Assembly: GCA_017654855.1 (NCBI GenBank)
Contig: CM030336.1
Span: forward strand, 1,674,001-1,738,000
Length of the DNA: 64,000 nucleotides
DNA from: Podospora anserina
Taxonomy: Eukaryota
Direction: 5' to 3'
The notes under the pieces were generated by a model. The model had not been told where the DNA came from. It worked only from the letters and a program-made list of their open reading frames with translations, and ran no database searches. A program made the translations under genes and the position numbers. Shown piece by piece: positions 50,505 to 63,100 of the stretch. Within the stretch, counting starts at the first letter, position 1; each line of letters starts with the position of its first letter.

Positions 50505-51545
50505 TCAGCCTCCTTCTCGCCCAATAGAGATACTCCCCCTTGTCCTCGAGATAATCAACGAAGATGTTCCAATTCTTGCTCCCCGCAGCAACGGCCTAAT
50601 GACTTTGCGTTGCAACCAGTCGCAGGCTCTCTGGCTTTCCTGACATGTCGCGCTCTCCTGCAGCGCTTCCCACTCCAAGTCTGTTTCCGTCTTCTCCATC
50701 ACGGGCGCGAGAGCCGTCCTCGCCTCGGGCTCGGACATGGCTTGCAGAACCATCATCTGACGCTTCAGATCCTCGAGTTCTTCTTCGTCCAACTCCATCG
50801 GATCAAACGGCTTGCTCAGCCTGTCTCTGGCGTAGCGGTGGAGAAACTGGAGGAGGCTGATCACCTCGGACAGGTAGCGGAGTCTGTCGTCCGCGTCGCT
50901 GAGCATGTTGGTGAGATCACGCAGGGTTTTTCGCATGTTCCTGAGCCTGCTTTCGAGGTAGAGGAAGGGTGGGCGGCCGTGGCGGTTTTGGGGTTTTAAT
51001 TGGGCTTCGATCGTGCTGGGGAGGGTTGGGTATGTGGTGAGGGGGGGCTGGCTGATGCGCAACCTGTCGTCGGTCAGGACGGGCAGGAACTTTGGGGCGG
51101 AAGTGTCGGAGTGGGCGATGAGGCGGTAGATTGTTTTGATTCAGGTGCCGGTTATGCCGGGTTTTGATGCTACGTCGTAGGAGCCGGGTTGACGGCCGGC
51201 GATGGCGGTGGTGAGGGAGATGAGGCGGAGGATGGAGTGGCCGACGCGGCCGGACTGGCTGGTGTTGTGGTTCTGCTTGGTGTTGTTCTCCTGCGTGTTG
51301 TTCTCCTGTGTGTTGTTCCCCTCAGTGTTGTTCTCGCCCATGCTGTTCTCGCCCACGTTATTCTTCTTCATCTTTCGAAATGATTTGAAAGAGGCTCGCC
51401 AGTCATGGGTGATCAGGTCCATCCTTTCATATTCTTTTCCTGCCGGAAGAAGCTTGTCGAGGAAGCTTTCCACCTTGCTGGTCGTGTCATAGGAAACCAG
51501 AAATGACAGGTCGCTTTTCATTGCGGGCGGTTTGTTGGGTGCCAT
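50505..51545 (-). pseudogene. Hypothetical coiled-coil protein interrupted by one in-frame TGA (51141-51143)
   Basis: ORF MAPNKPPAMK...KPGITGT* continues in the same frame as IKTIYRLIAH...RLRISQPP... to 50505; coding-like composition on both sides; internal 15-bp repeats (ENNTQ). Confidence 0.5.
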
Positions 51546-51666
51546 TGGTCTGAGTTGAGGCTGGTGTAAGTATTGGACCTGTGGTCTGAGTTGAGAGTGG
51601 ACCAAGTTGGCACTGGACTGACCCAGTTGAGAGCAAACTGAGTTGAGACCTGTGGTCTGAGTTGAC
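51546..51666. repeat. Degenerate direct repeats of (tggt)ctgagttga(g) directly upstream of the ATG
   Basis: Copies at about 51546, 51582, 51622 (partial), 51637 and 51653. Confidence 0.7.
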
Positions 51667-52508
51667 ACCTCGAGAATGGTATGGGTTGAGAGTATGGAGG
51701 AATGCAAGTGGTTGCATAGATCGGGGGGAACCCGACGAGAGTATATATAGTCGTTTTTAAATACTTTACCAAAGTTTTTCGCGCGACCGCTCTGTTTAAA
51801 ACTCTAACAGCGAGGCGTTGGCATAGACTGACAGGCTGCAACTCAGACGGTGAGGTGGTTTAGGTTAGGTTTGGCAGCTCACAACACCACCGGAATAGAA
51901 CCTGAACTGGCTGAATCGATCGCAACAGAGACCATCTCCTTTGATTGTCGGAAGCCCTTGACCATCTATCACTTTGCTTCTCTTCTGAGACCAATTCATC
52001 TTTACTTAATTGTAGCGAACATAATATGTCTATGAGCCCATGTTTCCTTGCGATTGTGAGCGGTAGGTGGGAGGCTCCCGTGGGGCACCAGTGTTTGCAA
52101 ATTGCTTTTCGCTGTGTGGGATCCAGAAGCTCCACGATGGCTTTAAAATGACAGAGGGGATTGATTATCAAGTACACAAGAGTTCAGGGCTACCATACCC
52201 TGCGTACCAGCAGCATCGATATGCGGGTCAGGGTTGTGCATTGTAGTCATGATGAGAGCTCATTGACACAAGACTTCTTTGTTCACCCACAGACATACAA
52301 TGTGCAACGTAGCCATGTCGTATCATTTTGGCCATTTTGTTTGAAAAGATAAAAATGAAATAAAAACACATTTGATACCCCCAAGAAAGCGTTCAGTCAC
52401 AGTTGCCATATCACTTGCCCCGGGCAGTGATCATCTCTCGTCATCTGCAAACTGACCAATCACAAGCCGCCTTGCACACAGTGTAGGGTGCAACTCTGAT
52501 AACAAATC

Positions 52509-53777
52509 ATGTCCTTCATGGACATCATCCAGGACGACTTTTCCTCCCTCGACCTTCACGAACCACTATCGCCATCTCATTCCGGCCAACCAATCAATAA
52601 CGACAGATTAGCCCGCATCATGGAAATCCGACGCCTCGAAAGCCCAGATCTCAACCCGCCCAGGTACCACGACCCATCAACACCACCCTCCTCACCACCA
52701 CAGCCATCTTCCACCTCATCATCCCCCGGAACACCCGGATCACCACCCAAACTACCACCATCCCCCCCTCAATTCCCCCAATTCTCCCTCTTCCCAGGTG
52801 AACTCCAAAACCTAATCTGGGACCACGCCGCCCAGCTCCTCTCCTCCCCAACCTCGACCCCAGGAATCCACTTCCTCCTCCAACCCCCCCTCTTAAGCCC
52901 CAACACCCCCCCTCTCATCCGCCCGGCCCCCTTCCAGCTTTCTACTCCATGGCTCACCAACGACCTCGACCTCATCCCAACCAGAGACTCCTTCTGTCTC
53001 AACCTCGCAAACCTCCTCCTCACCTGCCGCGCCTCTCGCGCCGCCATTCTCCGCAACAACGCCTCTTTCCCATTCGCTCACAACAGAACTATCCTAAGGT
53101 CTCTCCCCCAAAAGGGGTATCCAGTGTTGTGCCCCGCAAAGTCCGTCGACTTGTCCCTCGACCTCCACCGAGATTTGGTGTCACTAACCTCGGCCAATGG
53201 CACCTGTGACGAAGTGAGGAGGATGCTCGATTTTACCGACGGTAACCACTTCATCTTTTCGGCGGCGAGGAAATTTGCGGTGAGGTATGGGTTAGGCTGG
53301 GAACTGCCGACTCCGGGCCCGTTTCAGCACGACAGGCGGTGTCCGACGGGGTGGATGGGGATGAGGGGAGGTGGGAGGCCGGGGTTTTGCTCGAGGTGTG
53401 TGGGGAGGTTGGTTGAGCGGTTCAGGAGGTTGGAGGAGGTTTGGGTTGTGGTTGATTTGCCTGAAAAGGGGTGGAAAAGGGTTGATGGCGGGTGGGGGAG
53501 GAAAAAGGAGTTTGAAGGGTGGGATAGGCGGTGGTTTGCTGTTGAGGGGGTGGGCGTTGTGGGGGAGGAGGGGAATGGTAATGGGGGGGTAGTGGAGGAG
53601 GGGTTGGAGGTGCTGGAGAGGGTGAAGAGTAATTTGGTGAGTTCTTTTTGGAGATATAGGTTTGAGATGGAGAGGGAAGTGGTGCTGATGAGATGACAGA
53701 AAGATCCGAGGTATTATCATACGCCGTGGGTGAGCGAGTTGAAGTTTGGGTTGTTGGGGTGGGAGAAGTCAACATGA
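52509..53777 (+). CDS. 2EXR-domain protein; intron 53637-53699
   Basis: FPQFSLFPGELQNLIWDHA and LLLTCRASRAA are 2EXR/F-box-like motifs; LEEVWVV; the terminal exon KDPRYYHTPWVSELKFGLLGWEKST* is in frame. Confidence 0.75.
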
Positions 53778-55929
53778 TGAATGGTTGAAGAGAACTACAA
53801 AAGGTTACATGGCCATGCGATAAGAGTGTGTTGGTTGCAGTGGACTATGATCCGCATTGCACGAGGTGTTGGACATCATATGAATATCTTGAGCAAGGAA
53901 GACACCCGGGTAACAGGACACATGGATTGGATATCGATCATGTCTTTTGGCTAAAGTGGTAGGTTCAGTGCGATGAAGCTTGGACACCCATGCTTGCAGA
54001 TCTTGGAGAAAACTGTGTCGAGAGTAGGTAGTGTATATTTCAGTACGGAGCGGCATACATAGACAGTACAAGCATACTCAAGTGATAGTGATTATAAAGG
54101 ACATGCATGAGAGTGAGCTACCAGCGTTGTTTAGACAAGTGACAAAAGATCAGATGACTGACCGAGATGGGATGACAGGCCTCATGGTTTATGAAGATAA
54201 GATAGGCAAAGGCTCGTCGGCGCGGCACTCCGACAATTCCACCAACTTCACGATGGCATTGCTGGAGTTGACAATGTTGGAGGCTCCCATGACGTCTCGG
54301 GCCTGTCTCACAACCTAGGGGCAGCTTGTTTGATCAGACCCGATCGGCTCTAGCGCATCGCCTGAGTGGCTGACAGGGGTTGGGGGGGGTCAGATCGCCA
54401 GGGCGGAACCGTAGCGAGCACCATCCGAACCGAGTTCTAGAAGCTTAGCGCTCCAACCGCCTGAACCTCCAGGTGTCTTTGCCCCCACTCGCTGTGCCAT
54501 TGAAGCTCGAAAATCATGAGGAGCGCAGGATGAATGGCATCACAAAGGAAGCCTGTAATCTAGAATTCCATGCTTTGCACCCAAGGCAAGACAATTTCAA
54601 GCATCGTCAGAAGACAAGCCAGATCTGACGACGGGACCAGGCACCCAGGCAAAGGCCACTGGGACCCGATGAGCGGGCAGGCACCTTTGATGCCCCTTGT
54701 CGCCGTCACGGGCACTCTGATCCACGCGCGCCACGGTCTCGACCCAAAGCCACCTCCACAGTTGATTGTTCTACCTGAACCTCGCTCGAACTTGGTCAAA
54801 GCAAAGCCCTGATCAGAGATGATGACGGTGCACATTGCCATCGGCTATATCTCGTTGTACACTTGTCATTCCACCTGCCTCGCCGGCCAGCCGGGTTGTC
54901 AAGGCTCGTTTCGAGCATCATTTGCGAATCACAACGGTCAAGCAGCGCACCAACCACCGCCAAAATGAAACTGGTGCGACGTCAACAGCGATCCACTCCG
55001 ACGACAAGGAAACACGCTCCACCACGGGACAGCACCTCCTGAAGGAAGAGACAGGAAGCAATTGAAACTTTTTCCTCAGGTATCTCGTCACCCGTGTTCT
55101 CGATAGCAAGCGCCCGGGAAGCACCAAGGCCGACGGAGATGGCCATCTCGGGTGACCACCTCACCCACCCTACCTTAACCATCATCCAGCTCGGTGAACA
55201 ACTCTGTTATACAACCAAATGACAAAGAAAAGACGACAGGAACAAATACGGTGAGGCTCGAAACGACATCAACTGTGGAGCGGCCCAGATTCTACCACCA
55301 CCCTTAAATCCTAATCCTCACCTCGGATCCCGTGAATCCTGACCCCCAACGCCCGACTTCAGACGCCCAGGCAGGGGGGCACGGTACCTGCCGGGGATCT
55401 GAGCAACGGTGTGACCTGGCCGCCGGGGCCCCCAGAGCCAAGGAGGCTCAAGGAGGCTCTTGGCTCGGCGCAGGGGTGCGCTCACTGAACCTCAACCGCC
55501 GTCCTGCGACACAAGCGACGTCGACGTCCCCTTCGAGATGGAGCACGGCTCGACCATCCCATTTTGGGCCTTGTCGTTGCCATCCAAGTGCCAGTATGAT
55601 CGCCATTAGGGGGCGCCTTTCACTCTCCTTTCCCTGGGCCCTGGGCCCTGGCTGCTTGGGTGTCATCCCGTCTCTGGAGGATTGTTCTATATAACCTCAA
55701 GTTTCCCATCCCTCTTGTCTCTTTTCTTTCCTTCCTCATTCCATTCAGCAAGTTCATCGCTCTCTTTTCTTGTTTTCTTCAGTCTTTTCAGTTCTGTGAA
55801 CTCTTCGTTTCGTTCCGCTCTTTCGGCATTTACACATTCTTTACAACCGCTCGGCCGGTCCTTTACTTCTCCGCTACACCATCCCTACAAAAACAAGTTT
55901 TAGTGCGATAACTTCTGTTTGTCATCACC

Positions 55930-56463
55930 ATGTATTCCAAGGCTGCTATCGTCGCCCTCATGCTGGCCGTTGTCGAGGCCCGTTTCGGTCAAGAGGGTGC
56001 CGTCCAGGGCGCCGTCCAGGCTCTCGGTGCCTTTGGCAACCCCGGTGCTGCCGGCACCTTGGCCGGTCAGACCCCCAGCGTTCTCCTCGCCGGAGCCAAC
56101 GCCTGCGCGAAGCTCCAACTTGCCGACCAGATCGTCCAGGAGCTCGGCACTGACGATGCCGTCATCGCTGCCGCCAAGCTCCTCGTCCAGGCCGAGAAGA
56201 ACTTCAACCCCTTCGCCGTCTCCATCCCCAGCATCTGCTCTGATGCCGGTCTCCCCGCCACCGAGGCCCTCCGTGGCATCATTCCTCTGGTCGACCCCGA
56301 TGTTCCCGGCGCCGCTGAGCAGAACGCCCGCTCTGCCCAGTCCCTGAACAACCCCTTCAACGCCAACGGCCTGTCTGTTGCCGACATCACCGCCGCCCAG
56401 GGCTTCACTGACTTTACTGCTCAGAGCCTTGGTGGTGCCAACGCTGCTCCCCCTGCCGGTGGC

Positions 56464-56511
<48 letters not shown>

Positions 56512-56988
56512 AACAACAATAACAACAACGGCGGCAACGTCAACTGTGGAGCTCCGCGCACCCTCACCACCGTGATCGTGGCCGCTCCCACCGCCACTCC
56601 CGCCCCCGCTGCCGGCAACGGTAACAACAACAACAACAACAACAACAACGGTGGCAGCAACGGTGGCAACAACGCCGCCCTCGACTTCGGCTCCTGCGTG
56701 CCCACCATGAACTTCCTCGGCGGGCGCGGCAACCGGCCCGCGACCGAGTTCACCTTCAACGCCATCGACCCCGTCATCCTCTCGCGCCAGGGCGAGGCCC
56801 TCAACCCCAACATCATCACCAACCGCATCTGCGACGAGCTCACCAACATCTGCGGTGCCAACCAGGCGGCCAAGGACGCCTGCCTGGACGCCAAGGCCCA
56901 GATCCAGGCTCTCGGGACCAGGGACGCTTCCACCGCTGTTGCGTGGAACACTCTTTTGGGGTTCCCTGATGTGAACGTTAATGTTTAA
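55930..56988 (+). CDS. Secreted protein with two Cys-containing domains separated by poly-Asn/Gly linkers
   Basis: Signal MYSKAAIVALMLAVVEA; RFGQEG; GANACAKL; EKNFNPF; DFGSCVPTM; ALNPNIITNRICD; strong codon bias. Confidence 0.85.
56463..56529. repeat. (AAC)n coding repeat (poly-Asn); a second run lies at about 56624-56649
   Basis: About 22 Asn codons, mostly AAC. Confidence 0.9.
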
Positions 56989-57569
56989 GGGACCAAGGAT
57001 AGGAGGTGTTGTTTCTTCTTGTTGTGAGATATGATGATATGATTCATTTCTTTACCGTTGTTTTTTTGTTTCTTTTTTTTTGTTGTTGTTGTTGTTGTTG
57101 GAGTTTTTTCCGGGGGGGGGGATGGAAGGAAGGAAGGGGTAATGATAGTAGCTAGTTAGTGTGAATTGACTGGTTGCATGGGTATACTTCTCTGTCTGTC
57201 TGTTTTGCTTGTGATGTTGATATCTTCCTGTGAAAATGCGCATACCGTGTGACGAAGCAGCAAACACTGACTGACTTACACCACCACAGGGCAGGCCAGG
57301 CATGTGGGGCACTGTCTCGGCTCCCCCACCACACTTGGTTCATCCGATGATGCAATCCATTGTGAACCCATCAGTTACTGGGTTTGTCATCAACACTCGA
57401 ATTCCCCCCCCTTCTTCCGGTTCGAGTTTGTGATTTCATATTTACCGTCACTCTTCCATTCCCCAAACTCACAATACACAACATACCTCCCTACTCTACC
57501 TAGGCTTTTTCACAACTTTAATTCCCAAACCCCATTGACCCCCCAAAACAATTTTACAAGCCACCAAAA

Positions 57570-58515
57570 ATGTCCCACCACGTCCTCCTCCTAGGCGGCC
57601 ACGGCAAGGTAGCCCAGCTCCTGACCCCTTTGCTCTTGAAGCGCTCCTGGACTGTCACGAGCGTGATCCGGGCTCAGGAACAAGTCCCCACGATCAAGAA
57701 GTTGGGGGAGAGCCAGAATGGGAAGCTGAATGTTCTCGTCAGGAGCCTGGAAGATGTCAAATCTACAGATGACGCCAAGAAAGTCATTGAAGACGCCGGG
57801 AGGGAGGGAGAAAAGGGGGTGGACTATGTTGTTTGGAGTGCCGGTTTGTTTTTTTGTTTTTTTTTTCTTTTTTTGTTTTTTTTCGTTTCCCCCCTGCGAT
57901 GAGATGAGATGGGTGCTGATAGGGATGCAGGTGCTGGTGGGAAGGGTGGTCCGGAGAGGGTAAAGACTGATCAATCCACCTTGTAATGTGTTATGGGGAT
58001 GCTAACAGGGGTAGACCTACGCCATCGACCGCGACGCCGCCATCCACTTCATCCGCGCAGCTGCCTCCACCCCCTCCATCACCAAGTTCTTGATGGTGTC
58101 TTATCTTGCTTCTCGCAAGGCAAAGCCTGCGTGGTGGAGCGAGGAAGAGTGGAAAGCCGCCCAACATGTCAACAATGAGGTCTTGCCGACGTACTACAAG
58201 GCCAAGATTGCTGCTGATGAGGAGCTGTACCGTGTTTCGAGGGAGAGTGAGACGCTTGTGGGGATTAACCTCCGTCCTGGGACGTTAACGCTGGAGCCGG
58301 CCGGGAAGGTGGAGTTGGGGAGGACGAAGGGGTCGGGTGGGGATGTGAGCAGGGAGACGGTCGCTGTTGTTGCTGATGAGTTGTTGGCCAGGGAGGGGGT
58401 GAGGAATGGTTGGATTGATTTGTTGGATGGGGCCGAGGGGGTGAGGGAGGCGGTGGAGAGGGTTGTGAGGGAGGGGGTTGATGCTGCGGAGGGGGATCCG
58501 GTTTACGATGAGTAG
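57570..58515 (+). CDS. NAD(P)-binding Rossmann-fold protein (NAD_binding_10 / YMR090W-like); introns about 57844-57930 and 57960-58014
   Basis: LLLGGHGKVA, VVWSAG|AGGKGGPER|TYAIDRDAA, MVSYLASR, YYKAKIAADE, LRPGTLT, VSRETVA. Confidence 0.88.
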
Positions 58516-59214
58516 GTACGGGTTGTGGTATAGATTTATGGTGGATTTTGTCTACTCGGGAGGATCTGCGTTGGGAATGATTTAAGTGTTCGGTGAAAGA
58601 AAATCTGCGGTTTGTCAATGAATGCCGACAAGAGACCGATTGACGAGAGCCGTGGGAGCAACCAGACTGCCTGACCTACGGGGGGCAACCTCCATATAGC
58701 CCTCCACCAACTCGGCCGTGTAATCAATAGTCATTTGGATCGTACGTAAATTCGTTTGATACCGGGTCACTCTCCCATGTGCCGGTCAAAGTCAGTCACG
58801 CAGTTCAACCGAAAGGCGGCAAAAAGTGGCCGAGATATAACCTAGCATTTGATATCTCTTTGGCTGCGGTGCCCGAGTCGGCCTTTAGACAGGCCTTTCC
58901 TGCAGCTTGCCGATGAAACAGCTCGTGATTTTTATGTGGCAGAGGGCTGACATATGACAATTGCAGCTCCCTCTACTGAAGAAAGAGGTGATAGTATTCC
59001 ATCTGAGGCACAGGGAAAAGCTACAAACAAGCAAATTGAAGACTGGCGGAAACCCTGAGAGCAACCTGCCCGCCTGGCCCAAAACAGGGAGCACTTCATT
59101 CTCCCACACGCGAGGAGTAACTCAAAATGGGCAGGCATACAAGGTCAACTCATTGTCTCTGGCGTCCTCAATCTTCACCTCGGTCACCACCTTTGAGTCG
59201 TCCTCGTCGCCAAC

Positions 59215-59934
59215 ATGAAGGCGTCTCCCCTCACCACCGGGCTCCTGCCCCTCGCCTCCCTTGTCTTGGCCGTCCCAGTTCCCGACCCCATCACGATCAA
59301 ACCTCCCCGGTGCTGCCACGCCGGTGATCATCCCGCCTGCCACCGGCAGCGGTTGCGTTTCCGGACCGCTCGGGGAGGATAAATTCAAGACTAACCTCGG
59401 ACCGATCGGCATTGCTCCCCAGAGACCGAATAATGGGACGGGGTATAACCCCCGCTGTTTGTTGAGGGATCTCTCCCCCGCGATCAGCTAGCAGGCGTTG
59501 CGGCCGAGCAATGTGACTTTTTTGCTTGAGCAGGAGTGTTTTGCGGATTTTAATGTCAATCTGGACGCACCGCCGAATGGGCTTGGGGTGCACCCGGGGT
59601 GGGGGGGGGGGCATCTATCGGTTGGGATGGTGGAGTTGGGTGTGTTTGTTAGTCCGGGGGATCCCGATCTTTTATCTCATCATGGGAATATGGATAGGCA
59701 GTGGGCGATTTGGCAGGGGGCAGGATCAGGAGGGACGGACAGGGGTGGTTTGGGGCACGCAGACTACGGGGAATGGTGAGTTTTATCTTTTTGACTTTGC
59801 CCGTATGTCCTAGTGCCAACTTCACGCTTGACACGGCCGGTGCCGTTTGGGTATCTTTCGCAGGATGTGCCGCTTTTTTAGGGAGCTGGATGGAGTTTAC
59901 GATCGAGGGGCCGCATTGCTACATCTATGAGTAG
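59215..59934 (+). pseudogene. Tyrosinase / di-copper-centre protein pseudogene (internal deletion, nonsense codon)
   Basis: Signal peptide MKASPLTTGLLPLASLVLA jumps out of frame to GSGCVSGP...NLGP, YNPRCLLRDL; TAG at 59489; CuB-like GVH..GGH...SPGDP...HHGNMDRQWAIWQ; end GPHCYIYE. The CuA half is absent. Confidence 0.75.
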
Positions 59935-60748
59935 GCAGGTATGTTATGTATGTATGTACGGGGTTGCAACCCGTGGAGATGAAGAAATGACAATGAATCC
60001 TTATCAATCAATGTATTGCCCGTGTGCTTTTTCCCACTTGTGGGGTTGTGTGACAAGGAAGTCTGGATATGCGGGTAATGCCACGTTTCTCGGAGGGCCA
60101 TCCCACCGGCACCGGGTGGTAAGGTGAGTGGTAGTATGCCGACGGCAAGGCCGGGGAAGAGTGCCGTAGCGGGGCCGCGGCGGTGACCTTTTGCTGGAGA
60201 GAATGGGTTGGTTTTTTTTTTTCCTTGGCTTTTTTTTTCTTTTTTTCTTTTTGTTTCTTTTTCTTTGTTGCTTACCAAAGAGACCACCCGGAGACATATT
60301 TTGACACAAGGTCCTCGGAGACAGAAAAGGAGACAAAAACCTCGGCATGCGTCTCATTAATGGCCCCGTACCGGCATCGATTTTATGTTCGATTAGTAAG
60401 GTGACGGTGGGACGGCGAATGTTTTGGTAAAAACCGGGCAAGAACATGACCCCGAGACCCCCTAACTGCCTCGGTGGGTAACGGTGGGGTGGCGGGGTGG
60501 GAATGGGCAACCCCAATGTGTGCCCAGGCCGGAATCTTGGATCAGTGTGATTGTGTGCGTCATATATCAAGGGGAACGACGACGTCCGACTGAGAAGAGA
60601 TCAGCTTTTCCCCGCAGTGGTGTTGATATTTGGAGTTCACTTTAACTACCTACCACACCTCACCTCATCTTATCACAACACTCTCATACTACCACCACCT
60701 GCCATCACGTCAATCCACGTTGAATAACCTCACCACCACCGGCCAAAA

Positions 60749-61795
60749 ATGAAAGAAGCCCTCGTCAGCAAAGGCCCTCAGGTCGAGATAGTTAACACCC
60801 CCATCCCCTCCCTCCCCTCCCCGGACCACATCCTCATCCGCGTCGTCGTCACCGGCACCAACCCAAAAGACTGGAAACTCCCCGACCTCTACGAGCAGGA
60901 CGCCCGCACCAACCCAGGCGATGACATCGCCGGCATAGTCCACACCGTCGGCGCCAACGTCTTTGAGTTCAAGCCCGGTGACCGCGTCGCCGCCTTCCAC
61001 GAGATGCGCACCCCCCACGGCAGCTTCGCCGAGTACGCCGTCGCCTGGCAGCACACCACCTTCCACATCCCCAGCAACATCTCGTTCGAGGAGGCTGCCG
61101 CTCTGCCCCTCGCGGCCATGACCTCTGTTGTGGGGTTGTACGACCGGTTGAGGCTCCCGCAGCCGTGGTCGCCCGAGGTGAGCAGAGACGAGGTGACGGA
61201 TATTCCGCTGCTGATTTACGGCGCGTCGTCCGCGGTGGGGTTTTACGGGTTGCAGTTTGCGCTGAGGAGCAACATGCACCCTTTGATCTGCGTGGCTGGG
61301 TCGGCGAAGGAGTATGTGAGGGGGTTTATCGATGAGTCAAAGGGGGATGTGGTTGTTGATTACAGGGATGGACCGGAGGCGACGGTGGAGGGGATCAAGA
61401 AGGCGCTGAAGGGGAGGGAGTTGAAGTACGCTCTTGATGCGGTTTCGTTGCCGGAGAGTCTCGACAATATTGCCGAGGTGCTGTCGACGGATGGGGGCCA
61501 TGTCACTCTTGTGCTTGGACATCCGAAGAAGGGGTTGAAGGAGGGGCAAAAGTACAGCGTTACCATGGTGGGCGATGTTCATAACGATCACAGGGATTTG
61601 GGGTATGTTTACTTTAGGTATATTGCTAGGGGGTTGGCCGAGGGCTGGTTTAAGCCGCAGAGGGTTGAGGTCGTGCCCGGTGGATTGGGGGGTGTTCGGA
61701 AGGCGTTGGAGGACTTGAAGAAGGGGAGGGCGAGTGGAGTCAAGTATGTGATGAGGATTGAGGAGACGGAGGGGTTGGTCAAGGGGGATAGGTGA
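60749..61795 (+). CDS. MDR-superfamily (GroES-like) trans-enoyl reductase / quinone oxidoreductase-like protein
   Basis: GTNPKDWK, GDDIAGIV..VG, FKPGDRVAAF, GSFAEY, LIYGASSAVG, GRASGVKYV. Confidence 0.9.
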   Translation: MKEALVSKGPQVEIVNTPIPSLPSPDHILIRVVVTGTNPKDWKLPDLYEQDARTNPGDDIAGIVHTVGANVFEFKPGDRVAAFHEMRTPHGSFAEYAVAWQHTTFHIPSNISFEEAAALPLAAMTSVVGLYDRLRLPQPWSPEVSRDEVTDIPLLIYGASSAVGFYGLQFALRSNMHPLICVAGSAKEYVRGFIDESKGDVVVDYRDGPEATVEGIKKALKGRELKYALDAVSLPESLDNIAEVLSTDGGHVTLVLGHPKKGLKEGQKYSVTMVGDVHNDHRDLGYVYFRYIARGLAEGWFKPQRVEVVPGGLGGVRKALEDLKKGRASGVKYVMRIEETEGLVKGDR

Positions 61796-61946
61796 GTCCC
61801 CCCAGTGGATGTTTGTCAGAATGACTGGAAGTTGGTGTGAGGAGAAGAGTAGACTCGTAGGCAAGGCCTTTAGACTCGAGTAAATAGATTGTTATGTGCC
61901 ATACCTAGCTTGTTGAAGCACTCCAACCAAGGCCTGACTGTCTCTC

Positions 61947-62640
61947 ATGCTGTCAAGTGCCCTTTGTCATTCATGCCATTCGATAATGAACCCTAGTGTC
62001 CCCGCCATCTTACCGCCGTTTCTTTCCCGCAATTTGATCATCGGGGACGATCCAGAAAGACGTTGGTTGGACTCTGCAGGGCCAACACTACGCCACATCC
62101 CCTTTCCGTATGCCCAATTTGAAGATCCGGAGCTTGTGCGTGAAGCTTTCCAGGACCTACCGGAATCTCAGAGGATACCGCTCTGGTCGGTAAACTCCCG
62201 AAAGTGTTTTGGCTGGGTCCTTTTAACCAGCCATGAAATCATGGCGCTGTTTATTCAGTCTTACTGTGGCAAAGAAGCGAGTAGAGCGAAAGACTTTACG
62301 TAAGTCGTGTGGAAATCGATGCTTTCTACGGCCGCAGTTTTTTTTTTTCATTTTTTTTTTTTTCATATATACACACTCTGGCCTATGAGCAACAGGGCTG
62401 GGAAGTATGTGTTGACAGAGTTGGGTCCACATTAGGAATCATTGTTTCAGTTCGACAAATGGTCGGTGTAGTGTTAGTGGTTAGTGAGAGGGGCGTAGTG
62501 CATCCCAAAGTCCGAGGTCTATCCAACTGCTCGCACTTGACAGCATTCCTCGGGTAAGGCTGATAGATGACTGCCTTATCGAGATTGAGACTACAGTCAC
62601 CGCATAAGCTGCCTGCATACCTTGAGACAGGGAATATGGG
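61947..62640 (+). pseudogene. Probable HET-domain gene relic (N-terminal part)
   Basis: MLSSALCHSCHSI (LCxxC N-terminus typical of HET proteins); donor GTAAGT at 62300; downstream IPRVRLIDDCLIE then taa-gct-gcc-tgc-ata-cct-tga, resembling a decayed YAALSYxWG; many stops. Confidence 0.4.
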
Positions 62641-63100
62641 GCGTTACTAAGGATCTTCGACATCATGATCATTATGATCGCACCATGAGCGAGGCCAAGA
62701 ACAGCGCCTCACCTAATCAGCCCTGCGGTGCTACTTTCAGCTGTCGTTGCAGCTGAAGACAGCGTGTAGAATCCTAAACTTGATGTGGATCTTGTTGCTG
62801 CTGATCGGGAACGGCCAGTCATTCACTGCTTCTCGTCGGGCCGTCAACGTATCGCATGAACGAGCAGAACGAGATGTGGTGGTGTATCAATCCTCAAGGA
62901 AGGCATGGTGATGGACCATCATTCATGATTCCATACCTCATAGCCTTTGTCACTGAACAGAGGGTACAACCAAGACGTCGAATTTGAGTATAAGAAGCCA
63001 CGAACACGCTCGCCATCACTGCTCTTTCTTTCACCATCAGTCTCTCAGACATCACCGTCTTCTCACACACAACTTCACACCAACGCCAACCTTCAACAAA

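Noticed and set aside
51546-51666. Spaced repeats as a CRISPR-like array
   Set aside because: Eukaryotic context; short, degenerate, irregularly spaced repeats; no cas genes.
59489-59491. TAG in tyrosinase as an A-to-I restorative editing site
   Set aside because: The gene also has a large deletion and frameshifts, so editing could not restore function.
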